Shown piece by piece: positions 30,013-40,173 of a DNA stretch of 64,000 nt; position 1 is the stretch's first letter, and each line of letters begins with the position of its first letter. A model generated the notes under the pieces. It had not been told where the DNA came from and did no database searches. It saw only the letters and a list, made by a program, of their open reading frames with translations. The stretch covers positions 32,001 to 96,000 of IMG/VR virus record IMGVR_UViG_3300005841_000032; one strand, written 5' to 3'. A program made the position numbers and the translations under genes. This stretch comes from a virus.

Positions 30013-30753
30013 CTAAAATATATCATCTAATATTTCCCCCACAATTTTTGGAACGTCAAAGTTAGCTAAAGTTTTCCCAAATAAATCCCTTTTTTCAAAT
30101 CCCGGATGCCAAAATGCCATTGGATCAGATTTTGAACTTACCCGCCTAAATGACGTATAGCTATTCTGCTTTGTGACACTATCTTTTTTCTTTGTTATTC
30201 CTTCATGAATACTATGCTTATGCTGATATTCTTTGATAGCATTAGTTCCCGGCATAGTTATTTTCTTAACCTGTGGCTGCTGAAACTTTTTAGGTAAATC
30301 GCCTTTCTTTATTGGTTGACCTACATCCTTTTTCTTTGCAACCTTATAAACTTCTTCCGGCATTATATTGCTAAAATTTTCAGGCAAGGCACTGGGTGTC
30401 CCGTGAGTAAATGGAACAGTATTGTAAGTTGATCCTGATTTACTTTGCTTTGCATTTGGGCCTGCCAAAAGATCAGGTTTCATATCCCAACTTGGCTTTC
30501 CGCTTTCAATGGCATTAGCTAATTCACCCGTCAATACTACCGCGCCTTGAGCAAATCCTTCATCAACTACATTAATATTAGAAATATATTCTAATCGTGC
30601 AGTATGTAAGTTGTTGTTTGCTTCTGTTTCTAATGCCTGTGCAAATCTTCCAGTTACTTCTTTTACTGTATGATCAATAAGATTCCTTACATCTTCATCA
30701 CTCAATGAATATGCTTCAACTAATGGTGTCGGATCAAAGTCAATTTTTATCAA
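30013..30753 (-). CDS. neck / tail completion protein
   Basis: IESGKPSWDMK, SFRRVSSKSDPMAFWHPG motif of SPO1/Twort-type neck proteins. Confidence 0.6.
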   Translation of the reverse strand: MIKIDFDPTPLVEAYSLSDEDVRNLIDHTVKEVTGRFAQALETEANNNLHTARLEYISNINVVDEGFAQGAVVLTGELANAIESGKPSWDMKPDLLAGPNAKQSKSGSTYNTVPFTHGTPSALPENFSNIMPEEVYKVAKKKDVGQPIKKGDLPKKFQQPQVKKITMPGTNAIKEYQHKHSIHEGITKKKDSVTKQNSYTSFRRVSSKSDPMAFWHPGFEKRDLFGKTLANFDVPKIVGEILDDIF

Positions 30754-31694
30754 ATTGATTCACTTAAAAGTATTCCAAGCGCCACTTTTTGCGCACTTGT
30801 TAAATTGTCAAAAATAGTTTGCGCTGAGCTATATTTCAATTGCCTTATAAAAGCTGGCAATTCTTCCGGTTCACAAGCATTAGGTAACCAACTATTATCC
30901 AATAAACGGTCACCAGTATAGTTTTCTGTATCCTTAATTAGATGCGCTCTTTTACCAATCGCTCTTATTGGCAATATTAATTCTTCTTGACCTTGCGATA
31001 CATTATTTTTTGTTGAAGTCAATGATTCTCTTACAATATCTATAATATGAAATACGGGTCTATGAACAAAACGAATAGAAACAGAAGGCGCAGTAATATT
31101 ATTTGATTCAAGAAACGTTGTAAACGTATTGCTATATTCAATAACATTATCATGAAATGTATAGTCAATATATTCCTCTAACTTCTTTATTGGTTCATCG
31201 TCACTTACGAACAATCCAATAAAATGGATAGACTCAATATTATACTTTGTAAATGAAAAGTAATTAGTATCATCATCATTCAATGTAGGAAACATTACTT
31301 GAGTATGATGCGCTGTTGCATTTTCAATAGTTATGCGATCCATGAATGATAACTTGTTTTCATCAAATGAAGTTATCATTACGGAACCAGAATCAATCAT
31401 GCCCCAATCTACAAATTGATTTTGATTAAATTTACCATCATGAGCAATACCAGTAATAATCATTCTGGTTCTAGTGGGATTGGCAAATATATAGCCAATA
31501 CCACCACAATTCATGCATTGATTCCTATGATCTATTTCTTTAGTCTTACATGGGCAAAGAATAACGGTTTCATAGATAACCTTGTAACCTTTATTGGTTA
31601 CCATGCCATCTATATCTTCTTTTCTAAAGCTAGATTGCTTTACCTCTGTCCCCGGCAGGGATTGATTAATTATAGTTTTTTGAGACGGGCGCAT
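30750..31694 (-). CDS. head-tail joining protein
   Basis: CPC...CMNCGGIGY Zn motif; position after the connector. Confidence 0.6.
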   Translation of the reverse strand: MRPSQKTIINQSLPGTEVKQSSFRKEDIDGMVTNKGYKVIYETVILCPCKTKEIDHRNQCMNCGGIGYIFANPTRTRMIITGIAHDGKFNQNQFVDWGMIDSGSVMITSFDENKLSFMDRITIENATAHHTQVMFPTLNDDDTNYFSFTKYNIESIHFIGLFVSDDEPIKKLEEYIDYTFHDNVIEYSNTFTTFLESNNITAPSVSIRFVHRPVFHIIDIVRESLTSTKNNVSQGQEELILPIRAIGKRAHLIKDTENYTGDRLLDNSWLPNACEPEELPAFIRQLKYSSAQTIFDNLTSAQKVALGILLSESI

Positions 31695-31714
31695 AAATTG
31701 CCATTTTTACTTTA

Positions 31715-32518
31715 TTAAAGTGCGCCAATAGATATACCCCGATATCTCGCAATAAGGCGAGGAATAGTAATATCCATATCTTTTTCATATTGCACAATTC
31801 TACTAGAAAAAACCCCATACATTGCGCTGGCAGAGGTACTAATAGACTGACTGACGCCATCAACAGAATTCGACACACCTGTCACCCCAACGCCAAATAA
31901 AATGTCACCCATCGCATTGAACATATTTATTGTGGCTTGTTTACCAATCACATTCAATATGTCTGCCGGAATACCTCTTTTACAATCTCCAATTCCCGTT
32001 AAATATTTAACGCTCCAGTAGTTTGGGATTGTGGTATTACCTAGAAATCCCATATAAGGAGTTACACCAATAAATACAGCCGTACTTGATAAGGTTGTAG
32101 TTGGTCCATTAATCGGTACAAGATTTATTGACCTCCAAAATAAATCAGGGTCACTACTTTTCTTTGTTGAAATCTGACTTTCTGGATAACTAATTTGAAG
32201 TGTAGTGTTAATAAACCCCTGTACACTATATGCTTTTATTGCCGGATAAGTTGTAGGAATGTATCCAAACTTTCTATAATCATTATTGTGATAATCTCTT
32301 CCTTCTTCTACCGCTTGCCTTACAAGTTTTATTGAAAGATAATTCTCTATTTCTCTTTGAGCTGCTTCAGTATAAAAATTTATTGTTTCCTCAGGGATAG
32401 GATTTCCAAATTGATCCTGTAAGTCAATGCCAATAAAATAAAGATTCTTTATCTCAGTTGCATTGTAAACTAAGCCTGTATTTTTTGAATATTTAATCGA
32501 TAAGACAAGTTCAGCCAT
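31715..32518 (-). CDS. head-tail connector (adaptor) protein
   Basis: AAQREIENYL, YLTG...IPADI, SVDGVSQS. Confidence 0.65.
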   Translation of the reverse strand: MAELVLSIKYSKNTGLVYNATEIKNLYFIGIDLQDQFGNPIPEETINFYTEAAQREIENYLSIKLVRQAVEEGRDYHNNDYRKFGYIPTTYPAIKAYSVQGFINTTLQISYPESQISTKKSSDPDLFWRSINLVPINGPTTTLSSTAVFIGVTPYMGFLGNTTIPNYWSVKYLTGIGDCKRGIPADILNVIGKQATINMFNAMGDILFGVGVTGVSNSVDGVSQSISTSASAMYGVFSSRIVQYEKDMDITIPRLIARYRGISIGAL

Positions 32519-33076
32519 TTAGCTTTTCTTAATCTCTCTTACCTTCTTTCTTACTTCATCAGAACGTTCCCTTTCTTGTTTTGGTCTTGCTTCTCCAAAA
32601 TGATATTCCGCTTGAGCCGTATGATGAATTTCTTTTTCTTCCGATTCTTTTTTCATCCCCTCATACTTTTTTGCCTCTTCTTTATCGCCATCTGCTTTTG
32701 ACATATTGGCAAGTGCATCATAGTGATACTTTTTATCTCTTTCCTTTTTTGCTAAATCCTGATGCTTATAGCCAGCTTCATGATGATCATTTTCATGAAA
32801 ATTAGAATAATCAGAATGCTTGCCGTCTTTATAAATATCCTTTCCGGAATAAGTTTTGCTAATAGAGCTTCTTTTATCTTCTTCTGCTTTCTCCAAATAA
32901 TTGCCTTTATTCAATTTCTCTAATTGATTTAAGGCACTTTCGTACAAAGGTTGATCTATGACACCCTTTTCTAATTTGTTTTTTAAAGATTGTTTAATTA
33001 CGTCTACCGGCTCTGGTTTATACAATTTTTCAAGCCAAGTTCCTTTGTAGGAGTCAAGAGAAGTGATTCTATTCAT
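32519..33076 (-). CDS. highly charged putative internal head protein (likely start MNRITS)
   Basis: K/E/H-rich; LEKG and LEKA motifs; late motif 4 nt upstream. Confidence 0.55.
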   Translation of the reverse strand: MNRITSLDSYKGTWLEKLYKPEPVDVIKQSLKNKLEKGVIDQPLYESALNQLEKLNKGNYLEKAEEDKRSSISKTYSGKDIYKDGKHSDYSNFHENDHHEAGYKHQDLAKKERDKKYHYDALANMSKADGDKEEAKKYEGMKKESEEKEIHHTAQAEYHFGEARPKQERERSDEVRKKVREIKKS

Positions 33077-33104
33077 GTTCTTAAAAATACGCAATTATAT
33101 AAGC

Positions 33105-33132
33105 AAAAAAGCCCGTCCTTTTGGGACGGGCT
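33105..33132 (-). terminator. intrinsic terminator after the capsid operon
   Basis: AGCCCGTCC/GGACGGGCT stem followed by a T-run on the minus strand. Confidence 0.75.
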
Positions 33133-33156
33133 ATATTCTTCTATTTTTGATTATTT

Positions 33157-33543
33157 TTATTTAGCTGTCATTTTTTCAAACAATACCTTTCTCAATTTTC
33201 CATCTGTTGCCCCCTCCATTTTAATCAGGTCTATTCCAGCTTCTTTTGCAAGAGTTACCAATTGCTCAAAATTGAGTGATTCTAATTGCTCCTTAACGGC
33301 CTTATTTTCTTCTTCCTGCTTCAATGCCTCTTTTTCTTCCTTGGTCAATTTTATAACTTTGTCTCCGGGTTTGATATACTTTCGGAAATCAAAAGAGGGT
33401 CTGGTTAATTCAAGAAACTCAGTTACCTGTTCGTCGTCAACTTCCAATAGACCATTCTTGTCAAATGTAGCTTGTCCGATCAATGGGAATGTTACTGTTT
33501 GCTCTGCATATTCAGTAGGGTACTTATTAGAGATTAGTTTCAT
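33157..33543 (-). CDS. capsid-linked small protein (C-terminal Rho-N-like helix pair)
   Basis: LESLNFEQLVTLAKEAGI; position after the capsid gene. Confidence 0.55.
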   Translation of the reverse strand: MKLISNKYPTEYAEQTVTFPLIGQATFDKNGLLEVDDEQVTEFLELTRPSFDFRKYIKPGDKVIKLTKEEKEALKQEEENKAVKEQLESLNFEQLVTLAKEAGIDLIKMEGATDGKLRKVLFEKMTAK

Positions 33544-33576
33544 GTTTTATTGTTTTTGTAACAAAACTAAATCAAA

Positions 33577-34785
33577 TTATTCTAATTTCAAAGGATAATT
33601 TTCAGTCTTTTTCTTAAAAATATAATCGCCGCAATAACCAGTTCTTCCACTTAAATTATTACTAATTGCACCCCTATTCAATCCATATTTTTCGGCTGCA
33701 AGATAAATGCCATCAAATTCTTCTATAAATAAAAGGGTATGACGATTATAAGCTAAAATATGTTTTATAGTTAAATGATATTTTATCTTTTTACGAATAA
33801 AGTCAATACCTAATTCATCCATATCTCTTTTCTTCCACCAAAAATAACCATGACAATAATGATCCTTTTTCATTTCTCTGTTAATATTAGATTGAATGTT
33901 TTTTCTACCAAGCGACAATGCAGCCGCAACTTCTCCTTTATGTTCAGCGACTACATTCCCCTCTTTATCAATTTGAACAATAATTGAAACTGGTTTTTCG
34001 CTTACTCTTTTTAACCAATTGTCATAATCTTTATATTTTGGTATTGGAGTTATTTTTAAAGGGAAGTCTTCGCTCTTTTTCTTTACAAGGTGCTTGTCTT
34101 TTATGTATCTACGCACACCTTTCAAAACTTTTGAAATATTGCTACGATGAGTGTTAAATTTTCTAGCACATTGTCTTAGCCCAACAATTTCTTCAATGAA
34201 ATAACCAGTATGCATATCATACACTAGAATATGAGTTTTTAATTTTTTAGCCTTTTCGCTATTTGCATTAGCAATTCTAAGTTTCTCTCTAAATTCATCT
34301 GTTTTACGAAACGCTGTTACTCTTTCTACAAATTCTTCTTGCTGCCACAAAATTCTTAGTGTTTTATTTCTTTTATCAATGCTTATTTGACTCTGTTTTT
34401 TAGGCTTGTGACTATACGTATAACCACGCATATCATTAACGCTGGGCTTTATATTAAAGCCATATTTATGAAACCTGTAATCATTCCATTTAGAATCTAT
34501 ATATTCTTGAGCATACAAAAATATATCTAAATACAATTGCTCTGTTTTAAATTGAATATTTATATCAGTATACTCAAGAATGTAGGCTCTAAATGAAGAT
34601 TCTCCATAATTATCAAATGCCTCTAACAACAAATTGTTTGGATGATAACTCCCCCTTAATGCAGATATATGCGCTCCAATTCTATTCTTAACATCGTAAG
34701 AAGAGCCTATATAAATTCTATTATCTTTTAGGCATTCTATACAATATACTCCCGATTCACCCCTAATATTGTCTTCAATTTGCAT
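33577..34785 (-). CDS. GIY-YIG homing endonuclease with NUMOD1 repeats
   Basis: SGVYCI...IYIGSS; repeated HTH-like C-terminal modules. Confidence 0.9.
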   Translation of the reverse strand: MQIEDNIRGESGVYCIECLKDNRIYIGSSYDVKNRIGAHISALRGSYHPNNLLLEAFDNYGESSFRAYILEYTDINIQFKTEQLYLDIFLYAQEYIDSKWNDYRFHKYGFNIKPSVNDMRGYTYSHKPKKQSQISIDKRNKTLRILWQQEEFVERVTAFRKTDEFREKLRIANANSEKAKKLKTHILVYDMHTGYFIEEIVGLRQCARKFNTHRSNISKVLKGVRRYIKDKHLVKKKSEDFPLKITPIPKYKDYDNWLKRVSEKPVSIIVQIDKEGNVVAEHKGEVAAALSLGRKNIQSNINREMKKDHYCHGYFWWKKRDMDELGIDFIRKKIKYHLTIKHILAYNRHTLLFIEEFDGIYLAAEKYGLNRGAISNNLSGRTGYCGDYIFKKKTENYPLKLE

Positions 34786-34859
34786 AAATGCAAAAATAAA
34801 AAAGAGACACTAATTTTCATAGCGTCTCTTTCGATAAAACCTTTATTTATTGTTGCTTA

Positions 34860-36368
34860 CTAAGCTGCAACGAAAGGTCCAATGTTAATATAGCGAACCA
34901 TCTTCTTCTGAGCCACCAATACAGGAGTTCCCCATTGGTAAACCATGAAATTATTTGCTGGCCCGGTAATGCCAAAATCTAGACGACTGATAGGCCCCAG
35001 TTGCTTAAAATAGTTGACCTCTTCTTGCATAGCTTCAATGAAACCATTTTCAGTATCTGGTAAGAACCTATTACGATCCCTAACTACTCCTGCTGCTGCT
35101 CCATCATAACCTTGTGTCAATTGAGCCGCACTTACTTTGAAGATAGGATAAAATTCTACCTGACTTGTAGCTGCATTTGTTACAGTCGAGATCTTCGAAC
35201 GATACACTACATAATGGCTAGGAGTAAATGTACCCGCGCCCGCTGTCCAGCTTAAATCTACCGATTGACCTGCTGTCAATGTCACTTTATTAGTATCTCC
35301 ACCTAAAATTCTAACTGGGCTTTCACCATATTGATTTGCTGCTGATACTCCATAGAACACTGTTCCAAGTGCGCCCGTATGAGCTTCACCTGCTGCAAAA
35401 CGAGACTTGCCATCTGTGCCAGTCAATGCTGCGCTTACTGAAACTGGAGTTGCAGGAGCCTTACCGCTAGTTGCCGAATCTGTTGCCAGACGGAAACCGG
35501 GAGTCTTCATAAACAAATCTTGTTTCAATGCTACTTCACCGAAAGTAGTATCAACTGCTTTAGGATTGCTACCAGCTACGCCACGATAACCACTTGATCC
35601 TAAAAGAATCCTTTGACGCTCATAGTAATCTTTTGCAAAACCTGCAAGTACTGTAGGGGGAGCATAGAAAGTATCTACTGTCCCGAATGCTGCATAAATG
35701 TTCTGTGAACCATCTTCAAAATCTTGTTGACGAATACTTGCGCCACGAAGGTCAATTACTGCTGGGCTATCTTGCCATGCATCCAAAGTAGGATACAAAT
35801 CTCCTGAGCTTGCACCAATGCGGGCGTGTTGAGCAAACAAGCTATTGAATTCAAGTGAATTCATGTTGCTGTCTGCTTTAGTCAATGAGTTAGCAGTCTT
35901 GCGAACAACCCACATTGTTTTGTTCTTTACTTCTTGTGCCATTGCATCGACATAAGAACGAACTTTTTGAGCTTGAAGAGTTACGCTACCCATGATCTGG
36001 ATATACTTAACCAATTCAGCTCTACGTCTGTAAACAGAATCTTCAAGGTCAGGCGTTTCACCCTCTGCATAAAATCCGCCACGATCGAAACCATACGATT
36101 CAAGCTGAATATATTCTTCAACTGTGTTCATTGCATCCAGTTTAGGAATATCATAGTACAGTTTTACCTGTTCCATTTTGAAATCTAAAAGACGCAATGT
36201 CTTTTCAAGAGATTCTACTTTAAGCGGCTCTTGTGTTAAAGCAAGATCATTGGTATCACGACCTGTGATATTGCCAGCTTGCATAGCTTTAATAAGTTCA
36301 CTCACTTCCGATTGACTAGCGAATGCACCGCCCAATTCTGTTTCTTGATAATGATTAAGTTCGACCAT
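34860..36368 (-). CDS. major capsid protein
   Basis: 502 aa after protease and scaffold; LIK|AMQAG, ESLEKTL, EFNSL. Confidence 0.85.
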   Translation of the reverse strand: MVELNHYQETELGGAFASQSEVSELIKAMQAGNITGRDTNDLALTQEPLKVESLEKTLRLLDFKMEQVKLYYDIPKLDAMNTVEEYIQLESYGFDRGGFYAEGETPDLEDSVYRRRAELVKYIQIMGSVTLQAQKVRSYVDAMAQEVKNKTMWVVRKTANSLTKADSNMNSLEFNSLFAQHARIGASSGDLYPTLDAWQDSPAVIDLRGASIRQQDFEDGSQNIYAAFGTVDTFYAPPTVLAGFAKDYYERQRILLGSSGYRGVAGSNPKAVDTTFGEVALKQDLFMKTPGFRLATDSATSGKAPATPVSVSAALTGTDGKSRFAAGEAHTGALGTVFYGVSAANQYGESPVRILGGDTNKVTLTAGQSVDLSWTAGAGTFTPSHYVVYRSKISTVTNAATSQVEFYPIFKVSAAQLTQGYDGAAAGVVRDRNRFLPDTENGFIEAMQEEVNYFKQLGPISRLDFGITGPANNFMVYQWGTPVLVAQKKMVRYINIGPFVAA

Positions 36369-36401
36369 GTTTATTATTCAGCTTAAAAAATTCTTTATTG
36401 A

Positions 36402-37121
36402 TTACTTAGTTAAAACAATTTTATGATTATCCTTCAAAAATCTCTGAATACGTGCGCTAGTTTCAGTATCAGGAATTGATTGCAATTCAACATACGTTAC
36501 AGCCTTCTTGAAGAAATTATCTACAATTCCTTTTTCTTTATCTTCCAATGCTTTTTCTAAAAGAAGTTCAGCTACTTGTGAACGATCATTTTTATTAGAA
36601 AGACTCATTACAGTTTCATTCTTTTTACTTTTATCAGAATTGTCTCCACCTTTTTCAAGGAAATTTGTAGTAGTTACTGACTTACGCTCACCCATGGGCT
36701 GCTTTTCAAGTATGCCTACTTTCTTGCCCAAAACTGTATTAAATTCTTCTGCCTTTTCAAGTTTCTCAGACAATTTGTCAATTACTTCATCTTTTGATTT
36801 AATGAGAGTGCCAAGAGCTTCAAATTTTTCATTGAACTTGTCTACGATTGATTTTTCTAGCGCATCAGTATTAAATGGCTTTACCTCTTCTGATTTTACA
36901 ATTTCTTTTACAGTAGTATCGCCTTCCATTTTTGCTTTTAGCTCTTGAGCTTTTTGCAAAACATCTGCGTATTCTTTTTCAATAGTTGCTTTAGCTTCTT
37001 CTGCTTTTTTCAATTCATCTTGTTTTGCTTTTTCTTCGACCGTTGGTTCAAATGCCTTCTTCAAGCCAAGTGCTATTTCCGCTTTCTCAATTGCCTCTTT
37101 AGAAACTTTAGTAACTTCCAT
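36402..37121 (-). CDS. scaffolding protein
   Basis: K/E-rich coiled coil between protease and capsid; many (I/L)xK(A/S) motifs. Confidence 0.7.
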   Translation of the reverse strand: MEVTKVSKEAIEKAEIALGLKKAFEPTVEEKAKQDELKKAEEAKATIEKEYADVLQKAQELKAKMEGDTTVKEIVKSEEVKPFNTDALEKSIVDKFNEKFEALGTLIKSKDEVIDKLSEKLEKAEEFNTVLGKKVGILEKQPMGERKSVTTTNFLEKGGDNSDKSKKNETVMSLSNKNDRSQVAELLLEKALEDKEKGIVDNFFKKAVTYVELQSIPDTETSARIQRFLKDNHKIVLTK

Positions 37122-37199
37122 GAAAAAATTTTTATTTCTTTAATTTTAAAAATACTACTTTTTTATTATGTTTTCCCTTAATCAAAATTTTGCTAAATG

Positions 37200-38501
37200 T
37201 TACTTTGAAATAAATTCATTCAATTGATCATTTGTCATTGCTGCTCTTTTTTTATCAGCTTCCCATCTATTGCAACAAGCATTTGGATGAATTTTATTGG
37301 GAGTATCTCCATCACTATCCTTATCAACTTTTAAACATGACATTTTATCAATAATAAAATATTCACATCTCTTACATGAAAAGCCAGTATTATTTTCATT
37401 ATACCCCGCTTCTTGTTTAGACACTATTCCAAGCCAAGGTATTATAGGAGTATTTTCTCCCTTAGGGTCCATATGCATCCAAAATCCACAAGATCCAAAT
37501 GGCTTTATACTTTCAGAAGCCCCCAACACAGCACATTTATTTGATTTGTTTTTACTAAAGACGCATTTATCGCACGTATACTGCGTTTCTGGCCTAAACA
37601 TATATAAAGCAGCTTCCTTAGGGATTAGATTGGTCTTTTTTTTTACTATTTCAGTATCGCCTAAACCTTTTTCAATCTTATTAATTATACTCCATGTATT
37701 CTTGCATGACTCTTCGTCCATGCCATAAGTATCAATTAAATATGTAAGAACTTCTGCTTTGCTAAGCTCTTCTGATTCTATAGGTGTATCTTTCTTCTTT
37801 TTTTTCTTTTTGCCTTCTAACGAACCTTCTTTTAATGATTCTTGAGTTAGCGGTTTATCTATTGTTTCTGTTCCGGTTATGTTTCCGGCTGCCATTGCTT
37901 TTTCGATATTTAATTCCTTGTCAACCGTAGTACGTTCACCATTTTCATTTACGGTATCGATAATAAAATCACTACCGATTTCCGTTTCATATTCAGGAGA
38001 TTCACCTTTAGTAATTATTACACTAGTGCCCTTGCATTTTGGATGAGGAGCGATAGCTAATCCATGAATTGTACTTTTTTTAATTCTCCTCTTGTCTTTC
38101 GGGTCACGCAATAAACCTTCACCCTCTATAGAGTACCCTAACTTTCTGCTAGAAGAACTTTTAGATAATGTTTTTGTTAAATCAAATACCTTCTTTGCCA
38201 TTTCTGATCCAGAATATAATTTTGATTTAACCATTAGTTTACCATCTTTTTTTTCAAATGAAAGCGGTTCACCTATAATCATTGATGGGTCTTTGTGCCC
38301 CAAATGGTTCCAGTTAACGAAGCCGCGGTGCATTAACTTAGTTAAGTCCATCCCATCAACTTCCAAAATATCTCCATCTAAATCGGCTCCCGTAGTTTCA
38401 TCACTTACTACTCCGCCTACGATCATTACTTCGTCACCATTTTCATCCGTAGACTTTTCAAGAATATCAAAGGGTACGAAATAGGAAAATTTATCATTCA
38501 T
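37200..38501 (-). CDS. prohead protease with C-terminal Cys-rich extension (likely start MNDKFS)
   Basis: DLDGD, NWNH (His), LGYSIEG (Ser), AIAPHP; ATG overlaps the upstream stop. Confidence 0.85.
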   Translation of the reverse strand: MNDKFSYFVPFDILEKSTDENGDEVMIVGGVVSDETTGADLDGDILEVDGMDLTKLMHRGFVNWNHLGHKDPSMIIGEPLSFEKKDGKLMVKSKLYSGSEMAKKVFDLTKTLSKSSSSRKLGYSIEGEGLLRDPKDKRRIKKSTIHGLAIAPHPKCKGTSVIITKGESPEYETEIGSDFIIDTVNENGERTTVDKELNIEKAMAAGNITGTETIDKPLTQESLKEGSLEGKKKKKKKDTPIESEELSKAEVLTYLIDTYGMDEESCKNTWSIINKIEKGLGDTEIVKKKTNLIPKEAALYMFRPETQYTCDKCVFSKNKSNKCAVLGASESIKPFGSCGFWMHMDPKGENTPIIPWLGIVSKQEAGYNENNTGFSCKRCEYFIIDKMSCLKVDKDSDGDTPNKIHPNACCNRWEADKKRAAMTNDQLNEFISK

Positions 38502-39555
38502 AATAACTCCATTTAAATTTTTTACATAAGCCATCTCTTCTAATTGAATTTCCAATCGCAGATGGCGAAACATCAAATTTCTTAGCTGCTGAACTCAATG
38601 ATTTAAATACCTCAATTATTTCAAATGTTTTAGGATTTAATTGAGCTACTGATTTCTCAAAGTGAGGTGCGGGTATGGACTTGCCTTTATTCCAAACAGA
38701 CTTATCGGCATTCAATGTTACCAATTTGAACAATAACTCTTCGCTAAAATCTTTTTCTCTAATCCAAATGCTCTTATTACAACTGTTAGTTTTGCCCCTT
38801 GCATTGTTATTAATAGCTACCGGATCAATGCTATAAAATTTTCCTGCTAATAGAGATGAATCAAATTCGTTTATTTTATTCCCCTTCAAATCAAATTCGA
38901 ATAGCTTGTAGCCCTTTTTCTTTGCAAGAATAATTTGTCTTAGTTTTTCTTTTGTTTCATCAGACTGCTTTTTACCTAAATGACTTTGTCTATTTCTTTC
39001 AATTTGGTCAGGCGTACACTTTTTACCAAGCATGCCGCTAGGTTTCCCTAAATGCTTGATTCTATTTTTTTCTTTTGCTTCGTCAGTATGCTTGCCTTTA
39101 AATCCAGTTGACCAAGTGCCATTTTTTAATTTAGTCGCTAAACTCTTTTCTATTGACTCTTTAGGCATTTTATAGCCAGCGCTAGTTTCGCCTCCATTAG
39201 TGAGATTAGTTAGCGGCCCCCTTTTTAAATCTGCTCGGCCAATAACTTTTACTAAATATTTTTCACTCTGGTTAGCAACGTTATTTGATAATCCATTATT
39301 CAACTGAATAATTATAGGCTCCAAACCTTCATTAATAATTGCCCTTATGGTATTTTGTTTGTGACTATTTTTTTTATAAGTTTCGCTAAATGATTCCCAT
39401 AGATGAGCCGTTTTTCTATCACCCTCTCCACGACCAACATAAAAAGGTTGCGCTGGAAGAATAATATCTATTCCGGGAATTTTATATAGAATCCTTTTTC
39501 TAGGATCGCAGTAGACGTAATTGTAAAATCGATTAGACGTGTTAACTAAGTTCAC
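38494..39555 (-). CDS. GIY-YIG-like homing endonuclease with NUMOD3/NUMOD1 (likely GTG start)
   Basis: YNYVY...FYVGRG, LTNLTNGG, HTDEAKEK, SDETKEKL. Confidence 0.8.
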   Translation of the reverse strand: MNLVNTSNRFYNYVYCDPRKRILYKIPGIDIILPAQPFYVGRGEGDRKTAHLWESFSETYKKNSHKQNTIRAIINEGLEPIIIQLNNGLSNNVANQSEKYLVKVIGRADLKRGPLTNLTNGGETSAGYKMPKESIEKSLATKLKNGTWSTGFKGKHTDEAKEKNRIKHLGKPSGMLGKKCTPDQIERNRQSHLGKKQSDETKEKLRQIILAKKKGYKLFEFDLKGNKINEFDSSLLAGKFYSIDPVAINNNARGKTNSCNKSIWIREKDFSEELLFKLVTLNADKSVWNKGKSIPAPHFEKSVAQLNPKTFEIIEVFKSLSSAAKKFDVSPSAIGNSIRRDGLCKKFKWSYYE

Positions 39556-39649
39556 GTCCTTAAAAATACGAAAGTCTATAAAAACAAAAACCCCTTGCCT
39601 ATTTCTAAGCAAGGGGCCGCAACTCCTTTTCAGTTTCTATTTTACATTT

Positions 39650-39835
39650 TTACCAGCCGCTGTTTTCTTTGTTCATTTCGTTCACTTCCATTCGCAAACG
39701 TTCAAGATTTGCTGTGATTGTTTCAGGAATGTAATTCTTAAACATTGCGTCCCAAATAGCATACAATGTGTCGCTGTCACCTTTATCTTTATAAATACTA
39801 ACTTTGAATCTTTTCATGATTATCGTTTGTTTCAT
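39650..39835 (-). CDS. 61-aa hypothetical protein with its own promoter and terminator
   Basis: Preceded by TGTCCA-N15-CGTTATT; followed by a hairpin near 39590-39617. Confidence 0.6.
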   Translation of the reverse strand: MKQTIIMKRFKVSIYKDKGDSDTLYAIWDAMFKNYIPETITANLERLRMEVNEMNKENSGW

Positions 39836-39841
39836 ACCTCC

Positions 39842-39869
39842 AATAACGACAAAAGTTGCCGCTTGGACA
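39842..39869 (-). promoter_or_regulatory. putative phage early/middle promoter TGTCCA-N15-CGTTATT
   Basis: Same boxes and spacing recur at 60465-60492; both followed by (A/G)GAGGT-ATG. Confidence 0.6.
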
Positions 39870-40173
39870 ACTTTTTAAAAGAAATTTTTAAAATATTTTT
39901 TGCTAAAAAATTTAGCAATATCATTAGTCTACTGTTTGTTTTTCTTCTTTTTTTCTTAGATTTTTCTTTTTTTTCCTCATTAACATTTCTACGCTCTAAT
40001 TCACGCTTTGCCGACCCCCCCTTATATGTTGATCTGGATGCAACTTAGTAACTTTTTTAAGCGATTCCTGAGAAGTGTTTTCAGCATGAGTTATAAGATC
40101 GGGAATCTTGTAAATATAATTTATCTTTTCGTTTTTACCTTGTTCTTTTTTAATATCCTTGGCTTTTTATAAA

